Shown: positions 1 to 13,228, counted from the first letter of the stretch. The stretch is 64,000 bases of DNA from Hydrolagus affinis (GCA_012026655.1 JAAILG010000813.1:1-64000); one strand, 5' to 3'. Translations and numbers: made by a program. The notes: a model not told the origin generated them from the sequence alone.

Positions 1-153
1 AATTTACCCCATGTTTGCGGATGACATCGCCCAGAGGGAGCGTATAAATGGTGAAAAGGAGGGGGCCGAGGACAGAGCCCTGAGGGACGCCGTGAGAAAC
101 TGTGCGGGGGTTTGAGGAAAAACCATTGGAAGATACAAAGTGTAACCTATCAC
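1..153 (-). mobile_element. L2-clade LINE, 5'-truncated reverse transcriptase fragment running off the window edge
   Basis: Minus strand translates [51 protein letters not shown], containing the non-LTR RT motif [13 protein letters not shown]. CpGs are retained, suggesting a young copy. Lies in the putative OIT3 intron 1. Confidence 0.9.
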
Positions 154-884
154 TTTCTGGGCTTAGTTGCATACGAGCAAGTGACCACTAACTGAACCAT
201 TAGAGCTACACGACATTACACACTGATAATGTAAAATTGTAATAGTTCTCATTTTAAACTGTTCAGAAATAAGCACTACTAAAGAAAGACTATCTGTTGT
301 TTTATCATCACCCCGAAGCAATTACAGTGATGATGGTTGCGTGATGCATTGACCTGTTTTGATATGATCAGTGTTATCTTGTGACTGAGATAAAACGACA
401 AACTTTCAACATACATTACCTCGAACATTTCATACAAAATTCTTCCAATTTTACACTAAACAATAATAATGCAGTATTTAGTATATTAACAATAAGGAAT
501 AAAGTAATCAGTATCAATTGCAATGATGCCCTATACAGTTACTGTTGTATTTGTGCATAGATTGACTCTTGAATCAAATCAGATGAATACCATTTTCTTC
601 AATTGAGAGTACTATCCGTTTTTCCTAATCGAATGTTAACTGAATGCTTATGGCTATAGGCTTTGCTTGTAGCTTATGTAGAACAATTGCTGAACCCCTA
701 TATAACAAGTAAAAGTTTAAAGGCCATCAACAATTAGGACTACATCTAATTCCCTCCTGTTAATTCGATCAATTTGGATATGAAGCTGTCCAAATTTGAT
801 CATTCTGTGTGTGTTCTTTTAAAAGACGGTGCATTTTAGACTCCAAACCTTTTGCTGACAGCCCCGTCATTGCAATGTACTCAC

Positions 885-948
885 CAAACGACAATGATGT
901 TTGAATTCCAGCAGAGAGAGCCAGGCTCAGTAACATCAAGGAGTGCAT
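885..948 (-). CDS. OIT3: First coding exon (signal peptide) of oncoprotein-induced transcript 3 / liver ZP-domain protein, putative
   Basis: ATG at 948 gives MHSLMLLSLALSAGIQTSLSF plus G (64 nt, phase 1), followed by a consensus donor G|GTGAGT at 884-879. The peptide is hydrophobic and signal-like. OIT3 lies just downstream of MCU in the same orientation in mammals and has a similar short phase-1 signal exon. In-frame upstream ATGs exist at 972 and 1047. Identity rests on synteny and exon structure only. Confidence 0.7.
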
Positions 949-1009
949 TCTTCTCAGTGACTGCTCCAACATGAAGATTCGAATTGTGAGATTCTCTCCT
1001 CCCTCCAGC

Positions 1010-1325
1010 CTTCTGCTGACTGCTCCTTCCAAATTCTGGCTGGGCATTTTATCCTTTGGATGGGCTCCTTATCTGGGCACAGGAAAGTGGGTGCACATCC
1101 TCGGCCTTGGCCTGGAGGGGGAGAGCTCGTTCTGATAGAGAAGTTATTTTCACGCATCCTCCTATTGTTTTAGGTCATTGCTCTCCCTCGACGGCTATCT
1201 TATCCCACAGAGAACATGACACTAGACCTGAATCACTAGCTAACTCTGCTTGTCAGCCATGTCATGGCCACCGTGCTTCCTGTGGTTATTCTGGGGGGCA
1301 AGAATGTTCTCTCAATAAACAGAAA
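1010..1325 (-). promoter_or_regulatory. Putative OIT3 proximal promoter/5' UTR with ETS, GATA, SOX, MAF-half and FOX motifs
   Basis: Minus strand: ACAGGAAG (1283-1276), GATAAGATAG (1204-1195), AACAATAG (1169-1162). Plus strand: TGCTGAC (1014-1020), ATAAACA (1315-1321). Unique, moderately GC-rich DNA immediately upstream of the exon. Confidence 0.35.
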
Positions 1326-1403
1326 GTTGGACAAACAGTTCGATGGAAGGCGACGCAGAGATGTCTGTGTGCAGCCACCGCAGCAGGTTGTTTCGATCTA
1401 CAA

Positions 1404-1450
1404 AAACAACTTTGATTTATATAGCGCCCTCCGCGCCGGACGACGTCTAG
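1404..1450 (-). mobile_element. L2 3' tail fragment (CCGGCGYGGAGGG variant)
   Basis: aacaactttgatttatatagcgccctccgcgccggacg matches copies at ~4258 and ~16558. Confidence 0.7.
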
Positions 1451-1894
1451 CAAAGGTCATGTGCCGTGTAAGCATAGGCTGACAGTAATGTCTCATCCAA
1501 ATGTTATCTCAGTTTATTTTTCCCCCTCCGCCAGCACCTGTGCGTTGCCACTTTGTTTCTGATATTTTCTCAGAAAAGTTAAACTGAAAAAAAATCTGCT
1601 CATCTCCGCTTGTGCTTGTCTGCACTTTTCATACCAGCCTAAACAGGTGATGTCATTCCTCCACAGGGTCGTTAAACCAGATCAACCCATGTTGTCATTA
1701 CAAGGTTAATTTAACAGATGTTAACCAAACCAGAGAAGTTCAAGCTTGCACAATCCATTGGCTCTCTGCTTTGAAATAACATTTTGGGGAAGGAAGGAGT
1801 AAACTCCTATGAAAGTCAAACTTAATATTCAAACAAGTGCTTGTACATAGGCAATCTGTGAGGCTTTGACCATAGATGTTGGACCCATCGGCAA

Positions 1895-2028
1895 CTCCTA
1901 ATCCCCACCTTCCCTCAACCCCCACCACCCGCCACCCCGTGTCCTCAGCACAGTAACTGTCCAGCGTCTTGGGATGTCCTCCTGACGTGAAAGGCGCTAT
2001 ACAAATGTAATTTTTTTTTGGTGGTGTT
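1895..2028 (+). mobile_element. L2 3' end
   Basis: C-rich tract, then ctgtccagcgtcttgggatgtcctcctgacgtgaaaggcgctatacaaatgtaatttt..ggtggtgtt, the L2 tail repeated throughout the window. Confidence 0.8.
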
Positions 2029-4257
2029 ATACAACTATGAGATGGACATGAAGTCCATTCCTGCCCTCCCCTGACATTCACACATATGTAATTTTTAATA
2101 TACCCATCTGTAAATGGCTGGAGTTTTATTCTCCGAGCGCTGCAGATATATGGATTTCTCACTATCTAGGTTAGGGTAAGGTTTGATTAAAATTTATTTA
2201 GCTGCTCATCAGATATCTATATATTGTGATACCACCAAAAGCAGAGGGGAATGGAGATAAGATCCTGGTTGAGTTCAATTTAATTAGTAACCCTCATATC
2301 ACAAACCTAGCTATTCATTCCTGTGTCTGACTATGGAAATGATAGGGCCACAAAGGAAGAGCAAAGCCATGCCTCACGTTAGCTTGATGTTATTTTAGAG
2401 CAGAACAAATCTTAAAAGCCTGGAGCAATGTTACTCATAAATTTACCATTTAATGTGTTGCTCAAGAGGTACTTAAAACGTTATGTGTGAAGGTTAATCT
2501 TATCTGATCACTACAAGATAGAAATGCAACTTTTTCTGTTCCAACAAAGGCTTTAAAATTTACAATTTTAAGCCCCTATATTATTCCATTTTGGAAGCTT
2601 TATTTAAAAATGTTTTCTGAATAGTTTCTCTCCCTTTCGCTAACACCAAAGTACACAGGCTTATGCAGATTTTTTTTTTCGCAAATTGAGCTCTTACTGA
2701 ATTGAGTTTAGGTTTAACCAACCAAACCTTGAACATTGCAGATGACATTCAGAAGGCATACATTAGAATTGATAAATTAAGCCAAAACTCAGAATGAGCT
2801 GGTGGGATCCACTTTGCGTCCCGATATCCTTACAATAATATGCTGTCTGCGGTACATAGTTTTGGTGAACACACTGTCCTTGCAGCGACTGGTGGCGATG
2901 AAGGTCAGGTACTTTCAGTTTCGTTCCCAGTGTTATTGAACAGATTTGTCACGGCCCAAATGCTCCGGTTTCACTTGCACCGAACTGGCTGATATAGCCA
3001 ATCCCTCAGTAAAGGATTTTCTTATCTTTAGAGATAAAGAGATGTCAGTGTACATTGAATTTTCTGAATTGCAGTACTTCCCTTACTTATTTATGTTCTG
3101 GACTTGTAAATCAGAAAACTTTTCCCGATTAATTTTAATTGACTCATCGCACAGAACCCTACAATGTGAAAAGTTAGTATTTTACAGTAATGCTGTATTA
3201 CGTTCAGCAAGAAATCAAGTGGTTTGTTGGGTACCAGAGACCTTTACATATATAACTAAATCAAAAACGCAGCAGAAAGATAGCTACAAACTTCTTTTGT
3301 AAAATTAATTAAGATTAACAGCTATTGGAGCTGAGCTAGCTCTAAGGTAACAGAATAAGCAATCAAGTAAACCTTCTATGGTGGCTTTGATAGTTCTGGT
3401 TCCTGAGCTAGGTTGGTTTGTAGTACTCCAGTGCTTAACTGATAGCCAAGCCATCCCACTCTCCCATTAACCCTACAAGCCAAAGCCTTAATGGCGGCAG
3501 GGGCTCTGAGCTGGACAAGCAGAAGGAAGTTTGCCAGACAATGCTCTCAGTGGCACGCTATGGACTTTTAGCTGGTTCAATTCCAGCAGTTACCCTGCAC
3601 CCATACATGTTCCTGGAGTTCATAAGCCTTGGATTTTACCAACTGGCGTATAATATTTTCTGTAATTGGATAACAACAGAAATAATAACAAAATTACATT
3701 TGGATAAGAAGTATATGTCTCACCAACAAGACCATGCGCGTTCCATTCCGGACACACAATTTGTTTTTTAATGTGTAGGACCAAGCATATGTCATCCAGC
3801 AAACCAAAAAAGCATGAGCTTACAGTATAGGTAATGGCAAATAAAACTAGACAAACCATTAAGCTGAAAGGAGAATGACATCGGGTCTATGTGACTCAGA
3901 AGGCTTAGAAACGTCATTGCATCATTACCCATGATCCTGTAAAATAAGATCAAGCTCAGGGATAAAGTTAAGGAACCTCAGGACTGCACAGCTTGACATT
4001 GATAAACATGAAGGATATTAGGAATTGAATGACTCACAAACATGAGTCAAAACGGAGTACACAATTTAGAGAAATGGGTGGGTAGAAAAATAAGCCAGCT
4101 GGTATGTTAGAAATATTCTGAAATGTCCAGTTAATGGGGTATTGGTGGACAATAAGCACATTACAATTAAGTATTGGTTTATTGAGGATTTAGCACCAGA
4201 AAAGATTTATAACTTAAAAACTGCAAATATTAGCAGAATGAGAAACCAGCTGGAAAA

Positions 4258-4322
4258 TAATAACAACAACTTTGATTCATATGGCGCCCACCACGCCGGA
4301 TGGCGTCTCAGAGCACTTGAGC
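4258..4322 (-). mobile_element. L2 3' tail fragment
   Basis: (CAA)n then tttgattcatatggcgcccaccacgccggatggcgtctcagagc. Confidence 0.65.
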
Positions 4323-4845
4323 ATAACAAGAGCACAATGAAGAGCAATAAAGGGGATAAAAGTCACAAAATGTTTTGCAACTAGTTATATGTGAATATGC
4401 CCTGAACCGTGGGAGGGTTTGCTTCAGTTATTAATAATAATACTTGCATTTGGCATAGCACTGCATCACATTCTCAAAGAGCTTCACAGGATAAACAGTA
4501 AAGTGTTGTGACTTAGTCCTGATTGTCCAGCACCTCAGAGACATTCCGCCCAATGTGAATGGCAGTATAAAAATTTATTTATTTGTTGTTGTGTATTTTG
4601 TGGGCAAAACCTCCTCCTTAACTCCTGTTCTCACTGAAATGGGTGAGCTTCCGAAAGATCTGATTATGTTATTAACCGCCGGATATTAATGATCTGGCTA
4701 CATGACATTCAGCCCGTTCAGATTTGATTCTGATCAGTGTCACAGGAAGCATTTACAGCCCTTGAGAGAGTGCAAAGAAAGGTCAGGGAAGTTTGACAAT
4801 CCAGAAAGAAAGTAATTGAGAGTGGACTTCATTGTAATAACAATT

Positions 4846-5095
4846 ATAATCCTTGCATTTGAAACCGTGCCTTAACGCGGCAGCCAATCACACACAGCAG
4901 TGTCCCCAAAACAGTCGTGGATTGAAGTGAACAATTTGTTATTTTTCTTAAAGGAATTATTACCCCCGGAAAAGTGATTGCCAATTGACTAACAACCGGA
5001 TTCTTACTTACTGCTAAGTAAACAGAGGCGTGTGAAGTAAAGAAACTTGCCCAGGTCGCTCACTTGCGAGTTGATTGCTCTAATCACAGGACTCC
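4846..5095 (-). mobile_element. tRNA-derived Deu-domain SINE, internally deleted
   Basis: Reverse complement of the 24704-25075 family: ataatccttgcattt tail, gcggcagccaat core, acaggactcc head. Confidence 0.85.
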
Positions 5096-6787
5096 ACAAT
5101 TGTACTACTATTGTAGTAGTCAGAGTAAGCTCAGTGACCTTAAACATGACTTATTAAGGTCCTGTGATAGTAAAAGACCTTGATCACTTGTTGCATGATA
5201 TGAACCCTGAATTACAATACTGAACTTGAGAGTACGACTGAATCAGCCTGAACTCCCTGCTGGAATGGTGCCATTATTTCCCATTCTCCTAGCAGAGAGA
5301 CAGATTTATATTTCAAGACTATATATGTCATAATGACTGGTTATTCGAAGTAAATAATATTGATTTGTATGCTTGATCAGATTTATGTAGTTCGGATAGA
5401 AGGAAATTGGCCCAGTCATGTGTTACTGGTGGTTTCGTGACCAGTCTTGGGTTGACCGAAGACCCATTGATTAATTTTGGAGCCTTCCAAGATTTGATGT
5501 ACATAGCGAGTAAGAAATCAAATGACTGACAGGATGTGCTGAGCAAAGGGACTTTTATGTAAGCGTGACCACTCAGTTTGGGTTTGTTAAGAGTGTGTAG
5601 AATTTGAATGGATAGAAAAATTCCATGCATAGACAAACCCATAGTTAGTTGCTCAGCTGTGCAAATTTTATTTTTACTCAATGTTTGCTGGCAAAATTGA
5701 ACAAACCAATCAATGCATACTGCAGAAGGTACCAATGCTTTCAACAGTAATTGTGAATGACTGTTGTTAAATAATTAATGTTTATTAAAACCAAGACATG
5801 AGTAAATAATAGTTGACTCTGATGTCCAAGTTGTTGTAGAGTGGAATTCAGAAGCGATTTTTCATTCAACCATGTTAATTAACTAACACCCATCTGCCAA
5901 AGAACTCTTGTCTACAAATGTTTAAGTTTGTGTTTTGACTGTGGTTGGAAGTCACTAGGCTTCCATGCAAAGTTTGTCAACAGATTTAGGAAAGTCTTAT
6001 TCACCTCTGTGTAACCAAAGGTGGAAGTCAATAAGTCAATGATAGAGAAGAAGTGGTTTTGCTTAGTGTTAGATAAGCTTAAGGTGGAGATTTTTCTTTA
6101 CACACATAGGATATAGTATTTTACACAGTGAGGTTCTGATTAGTTTGAAATCAATTTTGTAGAGATGCATTGGATTCAACATGCAGGAAGTAGAAGATCA
6201 TGTTAAGATTTTCACTTGCTATGCAGTGGAATCAAGAGAGTTCAAATGATCTGGACATTTTTCATACAGGGAGTGACTGATCAGATACATTTTGCAATTT
6301 AGGTAAAATAAATCCGACCAACATAGAAAGAGACAATGCATTCTTCTCTAACCCTAGAAATTTAGAAGTGATTTATTTGTGCCATAGAATAGAATAAATA
6401 TTTGACAGCAAAGAACTAGACATCATTTTGTGCTGGCCAAAGTAGATAACAGTTGATGCCATTTAACAAAAGTTCTGACTAGAACCTATCTGTCAAGGAA
6501 AACTGATTCTGGGTTGTAATATCAAGATTTCTACACATGGCTACATTGAGTGTTTTTTTTTCTAAAGACAGAACTCAGTTTTTAGTCACAACAATTATTC
6601 AAAACCAACATTTGGGTATGTCATTTGTCAGTCATACAAATGTTTGCACCTCGGGAGCTACACTAATTGGCTAGTAGAATAACAATAATAATAAGTGACC
6701 TCCACTGCCACATGAAGCAATCAAAAAGAAACATTTTCTTGTGTGAATGCTCAGCATTTTGCCACATCAAAATGGCTGAAATCTTGT

Positions 6788-7168
6788 AGAGTCTGGTAGC
6801 GTATTGGGTTAGAGCACTTGCCTAGCAAGCAAAGGGACATGGGTTCGAATCCCAGACAGGGCAAAAAGTTAGGCAAGTTTTCTTACTCCGCATCTCTGTT
6901 TATCTAATGGTAAGGAATCCAGTAGTTAGTCAACTGGCAGATTGCTTTTCCGGGGGTAATAATCGCTCAAAAAATGAATTAAATGAAGAAAAAAAGAATA
7001 ATTTGGGTACTCAGTCCATAAGTTTGTGGTGCACTGATGTGCACAATTGACTGCTGCATTTCGCTGACAAAATATATGGTCAATTCATTTTACAATATGT
7101 TCTATGAAATGCTCTGAGACATCTTGAATACATGATAAAGCACTGTATCAAATGCAAGGATTATTATT
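6788..7168 (+). mobile_element. tRNA-derived Deu-domain SINE, near full length
   Basis: A-box/B-box head (ggttagagcacttgcc...gggttcgaatccc), body ggcaagttttcttactcc, core gtgcacaattgactgc, tail tatcaaatgcaaggattattatt. Confidence 0.9.
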
Positions 7169-7603
7169 TTTATCTTTGACTTATATTGCTTCCTCTTTCA
7201 AATTATGTTGGGCTTTATCCCATATTAAGCCCATTCAAGGTAAGTATCCTAATAAATCTACTGTATTTGGAAAGAGTTTCTCCTGGTGTTCTGGTCAATA
7301 ATCCTTCGGATTGATTGGTCATTTTCCTTATGGATATTTGTAAATGCAAATAAATGTTCAATTTGCTTAAATTACACTTTACAATAATGCTATATGTGAA
7401 GTTTCTATATGATGAGGTGCTTTATGTATGCATTTTTATTGATCCACTCGTCTGACACCGATGCTTTCTGTATTGTACAGAATGAGTTAATATCCTGGAG
7501 TGTGTTCCAAGGCAGTAACCCCTGGTTGGCATTACATTGGTTAACTGCCCAAGATGTGTTTTTCTGGTTTATGTAATCCTGCAAATTAATTTTGGAACAT
7601 CAA

Positions 7604-7720
7604 TCAAAACTTACATTTATATGGCACCTTTCACGTCGAGAGGACGTCCCAAGGCGCTGTACAATCAGGTAGGGACAAGAGCATGGGGCGGAGGGATCGG
7701 AGCAGGATGAAGGAGAGTAG
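7604..7720 (-). mobile_element. L2 3' end
   Basis: caaaacttacatttatatggcacctttcacgtcgagaggacgtcccaaggcgctg followed by a purine-rich tract. Confidence 0.75.
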
Positions 7721-7889
7721 GAGAATTGACTGTATTGACCTGTGGGCGAAACATATTGTGTTATCTGATGAGGATGTTGGAAGTACTTTATTTCACTCTC
7801 CTCACTCTTCTTTGCTGAAAGCAGCGACTTGTGCTTTGAATGTAGAATATTCCATGTTTTGGTCATTTGTCCATGTTGCCATTATTTGT

Positions 7890-8130
7890 GCACAAGCGAA
7901 TCAGGGAGAGTTGATCGACTATTTGACCACAGATGCAGCACAGTTGAGTCTGATCTTATCTTGACATCCACACGTGGAATTCTAACAGAGGTTGCTGGAT
8001 AACTTTGGAAACAGCTGCCTAGCTTCCCCTTGCCCCAAACACTAAAGCAGATTTATAATCCTAACAAACATCTTAACTGCAATTGGTTAACTCTGCAGAG
8101 GTGGGGGATCAAGCCTAGAAACTTCCTGAT
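7890..8130 (-). mobile_element. Ancient, highly decayed SINE-like repeat (related pieces at ~17480-17580, ~35040-35215, ~44780-44930)
   Basis: Shared degenerate motifs between copies (ttgagtctgatcttatcttgacatccacac versus reverse complement of gagatcaggattgggctc) and a B-box-like end ggggatcaagcctag. Family not identified. Confidence 0.35.
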
Positions 8131-10160
8131 TTACATTTCACACCTAGATATTTGGGATGTAATTTAATTGCTATATGTAGCTGAATTAGTTTTGTAGTTT
8201 TTTGTCTCCCTTTCTTCCAGTTCCTCTATTTTAATAAACCCCATATCCTTCTTCCTACAACGTTCTGACATTCCTCCTCCTTTGGGATTGGTATTGTCCT
8301 TTTGCTTTGTTTTATTTGTACATTTGCTTGGGTTCAGTCTAAGAACAATTGCATTAATTGCCAGTCTTCGTGTCACCTAATGGAATTTTTGAAGAATTCC
8401 TCTTGCCTTGTTGCTGGTTTGCTCAAGGCTGCGGGTCATGTTTTTACATTTGTCTTTGCTGTTTCTGATTCCATTTTAAAATAAACAAATTGTCGTAACA
8501 ATTTTTTTTAAATTGGTACTTTTCGCAGCCTTTAAAAATGGTGGGAAAAAAGTGCCAAAGTATCTTGAAATGCTGATGGCGTGCGGCGTGTTGGTTGGCA
8601 TTAGAATTGCTACAATGGATACTAATAAGCTACTGTACCATCATATTAATTGAATACTTGATTAGAATGGTTAAAGTAAAACCACTGACTTTTGCTTGTG
8701 ACCTTCCCTGTCATTCACGTAACAATGATTCCCTACTATGCTGATATGGGACCAGTCCACACGTCTGATTTTAATTAAAACTGTAGCAACGGTTTTGTGA
8801 GAAACTGTAATCCATGTATTGCATTAATGCTTTAATGAGAAAGGAGTGGACCAATTTTGTTCTATACTGTTGAGTGAGTCTAAAGTACTTCCAACCTTAT
8901 ATCTTGGTAATATGACAAGGCTAGAAGTACGGGCAAAGATGGATGGGATAACTCCCCAAGTATATGTCTTGCAAACCAGTGAAACAGCTCATTGCTAATG
9001 AAGAAATATTGAGTAGCAAGTATTTTAATAAGCCTTTAAATGCTTTCCTTTAACCAACCTACAAGTTCCTGTTACAATTGCAGAATCTGATGTTTTACCT
9101 TCACTGACGTGTTCCATAGACTTTTACAAATAGTGGACAAAATCCTTCCTTACCTCCAGAGCACACCTTTTTGTCTTGCTGATGCTTCATTTGAAGGTTT
9201 ATCAATTTGTTGATATTACCAGAGCTGGGGTAATATATTTCGTAGTAAGTAGAGAGTGCATTCATTTGCATATTTTCCACGATGAAGACTCCATACAAGC
9301 ATCAGGATCAAATGAATAGATCTATTCTTTACTGCTGGACAATAAAAGCAAGATACCAGGCGTTCCAGGCATTTAGTGAAAGACTGAAATCAATTGAGCA
9401 CAATTATGTTTATTACCTCAACAAGCACTTCTGTTGTGGTATTTAATGCATGTGTTCCCCCATGAGCAATTACTAGGTCATCAATTAGACTGATCAGGAT
9501 CAATGTCAAAAGGGGCTCCTGCTTGCCCCATTATCAAATGGACAAAACATGCCTTCAGGAAGGTGAGAGGGCAGAACACAAATCTCTGGGTAAACAAGGT
9601 ACTGTTAAGATTACGCTGACCTTGTAAGCAATGTTCTGGAAATCAGAGGAAACAGAGGAAATTGCATCAACAAACTTCCCTTACCAGGAAGAAATAAGAT
9701 ATCCAAAGGAGACAAGTTTCTTTCCTATCTAGTCTAGCAGTTGTGTTTATTTTGGAAAAAGTAAAAGTAGTTAATTTCTACCCTTCATAAAATACACATT
9801 TAGCAAAATGTTGTTAAGCCACTCATTAGTTTTTCTAATCCAGAATGTTTGTTTATGCAGTTAAGAATTTGTCAATAGTCTAATCTCACTCAATCTTTCT
9901 AAACAGAGGTCTAAATGTTGTACCTCCCTGACTGAACCACTGAACTGCTGTTCCATGTTTGCATCCAGACATTCTGACTGACTTTGGAACATATTGAAAC
10001 AATCCAGTATTGATGCCATTGCTAATTGCAACCTATTTACATGCCAAGTTGTCTGGTAATAAGGTAAAATCACATAAGGTTAAGTGGATGGATATGAGGG
10101 TTGGGGGGACATCTGACATACATTCTCTCACATTTACCATTGGGCTGTTTCTCCGAAAGT

Positions 10161-10381
10161 GGTTACCGCTCGATAGTCCGAAGGTTCGTTAGTCCGAAGC
10201 TTCCCCTAACCCTAACCTTTGGACTAATGAACCTTCGGACTATCGCACCAAATATTCAGATTAACAAACCTTATTTCATTGTCGGTTCGGACTATCGAGC
10301 GGCAACCATGGTAACCGCCCTGGGTATAGGAAATTTGTGTGTTCGGACTATCCAACCTTCAGACTATTGAGTGCCCTCCGA
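10161..10381. mobile_element. Foldback/MULE-like non-autonomous DNA element with modular inverted repeats and CCCTAA core
   Basis: GGTTACCGCTCGATAGTCCGAA versus TTCGGACTATCGAGCGGCAACC (1 mismatch). Inner arms flank CCCTAACCCTAACC. A 9-bp direct repeat TCCGAAAGT lies at 10152-10160 and 10382-10390. Confidence 0.65.
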
Positions 10382-10722
10382 TCCGAAAGTAACCTTCCAA
10401 TAGTATCCATCATTCTGCCATTGGAAAGGGACATCTTTCAGACACCTTCAATGGTCATCCAAACAAAAGATCTTTCCCAAATATGGAATTGTGACCATGT
10501 CCAGCGATGGAACAAATCTAATGGTTATTCGGTTCTTTGAATGATGAACTGATCCGGGCCATTGGTGTGCGTGTGTATGTTTAAACAGACCTGCAAGATG
10601 CACCTACACAAATATAGCAACAAGAGAAAAAAATGTATTGGAATAAAGTGTGGTAGGATAATTATTCCTTTTGAGACATTGAATATGAATCCTTGAAAAC
10701 AAAATCAAACGTTTTTCCCCAA

Positions 10723-10728
10723 TTTATT
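10723..10728 (-). terminator. Candidate distal MCU polyadenylation signal
   Basis: AATAAA on the minus strand followed by a GU/U-rich element (CGTTTGATTTTGTTTT). A further AATAAA lies at 11014-11009. Confidence 0.3.
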
Positions 10729-11544
10729 CAGCAAACAGTGTTGATTTAAGAAATGATCTGTAGCTCCATACATTCCTCAAATTCTGCTTTATAATCAGCA
10801 TTAGAAATTTACATAAGAGAATTTCTGCACATGTTACATGATAGAAAAACGTGTGTATATTTAAAGCTACAAACTTCAGTAGTAATAGGCTCAACTTAAA
10901 CCCTATTCAGAAATGGAATTTCCAAGTCTGGCATTGAAAGTAATGGAAATTTAGGTATTGATTCTGTGGGGAAGGACTGTTATTTGCATTACTTAGGTAG
11001 CAGTGATATTTATTACTACCAATATGATGGCAATGGCCGACTACCGTGAAAATTATTCAAATAATTTTACAGCCTGCTTTACTTGGCATGTTCAAAGGGC
11101 ACACATCTCACAAATAGAGAATACCATCATTGTCGGTACATTGCAGAAATTAATTCATTCACTTAAAAACACAGCTATAATCAACTTGCACATGTGGTGT
11201 TAGCAACAGTGGAGTGCAAAATTGTACATCTTTTTGGGTACTTAGGCTCTAAAGATTTGGTTTCCAAACACTATATTTGATTTCACGGGGTCTGGTGCAT
11301 GTATCCATTACAGCATCAGTGCATCAGTCTCACAGGAATATTCAGGCTAGGTGGTGAAGCTGGCTAAGGCACTAGTCTCAGTCACTGTCCTTCACCCCTG
11401 GAGACCCAGGTATGTATACTGTACAGCCCAGGGAGAGGAGGCAATGAAAACCTCATTGTATTGACCTGCTCAGTATTGCACTTTGCCATCATCATGAATG
11501 GTCATGTTTGCTACAATTTGCACAAGTACAGTATATTGCTGTTG

Positions 11545-11591
11545 GCTGCCATTGACTGACCAAGCTGCCATGGACTGACCAAGCTGCCATG
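11545..11591. repeat. 19-bp tandem repeat, 2.5 copies
   Basis: GCTGCCATTGACTGACCAA GCTGCCATGGACTGACCAA GCTGCCATG. Confidence 0.9.
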
Positions 11592-13228
11592 AGACCAGTT
11601 TTCACATAAACCATCTCTACATTTGTACACATTACAAAATCTTTTTGTCATTGACACTTTGTGCAAGGTTTCTGTGTTACAAATTAGTTAAACTGCAAAA
11701 TCAGTCACACACACACTGAGCTTTGTTTTTCTGGTTTGCTTCTGCTTGGCTGAAAGTCATTCTCTGGCAAAATAGTGTAACAAGATGGAAATGAGACAGA
11801 TATTCCTTGGGTGAACACCCTAAGGTAGCTGTAAAATTCTGGATTGTAAGTCACTTCTTGTGTACAAATTCTTTCCTTTTTTTATGGCTGCTTTTTTTCA
11901 CCTTAAAAAAACTAAAAGTCACAGTGGTTGATAAGTTGCTCCCCTGTATTTGGAGATGCAGAAAATAATTGAGACTTGTATGCAGAATTTTACAGTAACA
12001 CCTCAGACATAACTTGCATGATTTATGGCTTCCTGTAATAGAGAAACCATATAAAATACTCTAATGCATCCTCAACACACTGATACAACATGCATTGTAT
12101 GTGGCTCCCTCTCCCAATAGAACTAGACAGATCATATACTATTTTTTTGTAAAGCTCCCAAATAGTGTATAGAGAGAGGGTCTAGTGTATTTAATTTTTC
12201 CTGTGGACCCCCTTAACATGCAGTTACAAAATATAAAATACTATACTAATATTATATAGTTTAAAACACAAAACTTCCATAATCGGCTTGTGAAAATATT
12301 TCTGCAGATGACTCATGCCTCTTGAAGGGACCAGTCAAATCATATTTTCTAATAATCTTTAACATTCGGGACAGTTGCTTGACTTGTTTTTGTGGGCGAT
12401 GGGGAGGTGTACCTGGCTAGTCCAAACAATTTAGTGAGATTTTCCTCCTGTCCTGATAGTGCCAGTCACGTTTCCTACAATTCTGACCACATGACCTAGA
12501 CTTCTGTCACTGTTTCATCACACCCTCACCAACAGGTTTACTGAACAAAAGATTCATTTTAAACAAGAGATAATTGTGTAATTCATTTAAGAGTTAGGGC
12601 CCCATCCCAAACACGGCTTAATCCATTCTCCTCTATTGTGGTTCAGTGCTCGTGCTGCAGCTACCTGTACTGACACTTAATGCAATGCAAAAATAATTAA
12701 GCACTAAAAGTGCCTTTCAAACACAAACATACAGATTTGTATCATAGGAGGCTTAGAAGCTGTTTGCCAGCTTAGTGGGTACAGGAGGTAAGACGTACCT
12801 TGAGTGAAGTATAATACGGGAGAATTTAGTGCCTAAAAGTTGTAATTTAGTTTGAATCTCATTACTGCCAAGATTAATAACATTCAGAATGAAGCCACAT
12901 GTACTTTGAATGAGCACTCGATGGTAATGATCGAGTGCTGGACAAGCCAAGCAATATACTAACATCTTGCGAATATTGTAGCAGCATGCGATCTATCTCT
13001 AAAAGCATTTTCAGGAGTAACTTGCAATTGACAGTGTCAGAACAGAAGTGCATTCCCAAGTAATATGACCAGAACAGAATGTGGCCCTAACTGACAATAC
13101 CCAAATTCTGCAGCCTTCTGCAAAAAACATGCATTAAACCAGAGAAGTGGAGAGCAGCAACAATGAACCCAACACCACCATCAACCAAGTGCACACCCTG
13201 ATTAGCACCAAAACAAGAAGGACAGCTA

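Noticed and set aside
769-1047. 92-aa ORF as a standalone gene
   Set aside because: It contains a consensus splice donor right after the signal peptide; the remainder is intron read-through.
1700-1730. HNF1-like palindrome GTTAATTTAAC upstream of OIT3
   Set aside because: Half-site spacing is 2 bp shorter than GTTAATNATTAAC.
3925-4150. Very old CR1-like remnants (also ~5990-6290, ~54090-54300, ~60300-60410)
   Set aside because: Too decayed to delimit or assign confidently by eye.
10161-10381. CRISPR-like array or true telomere
   Set aside because: The repeats are inverted modules without unique spacers, there are only about two CCCTAA units, and the context is eukaryotic.
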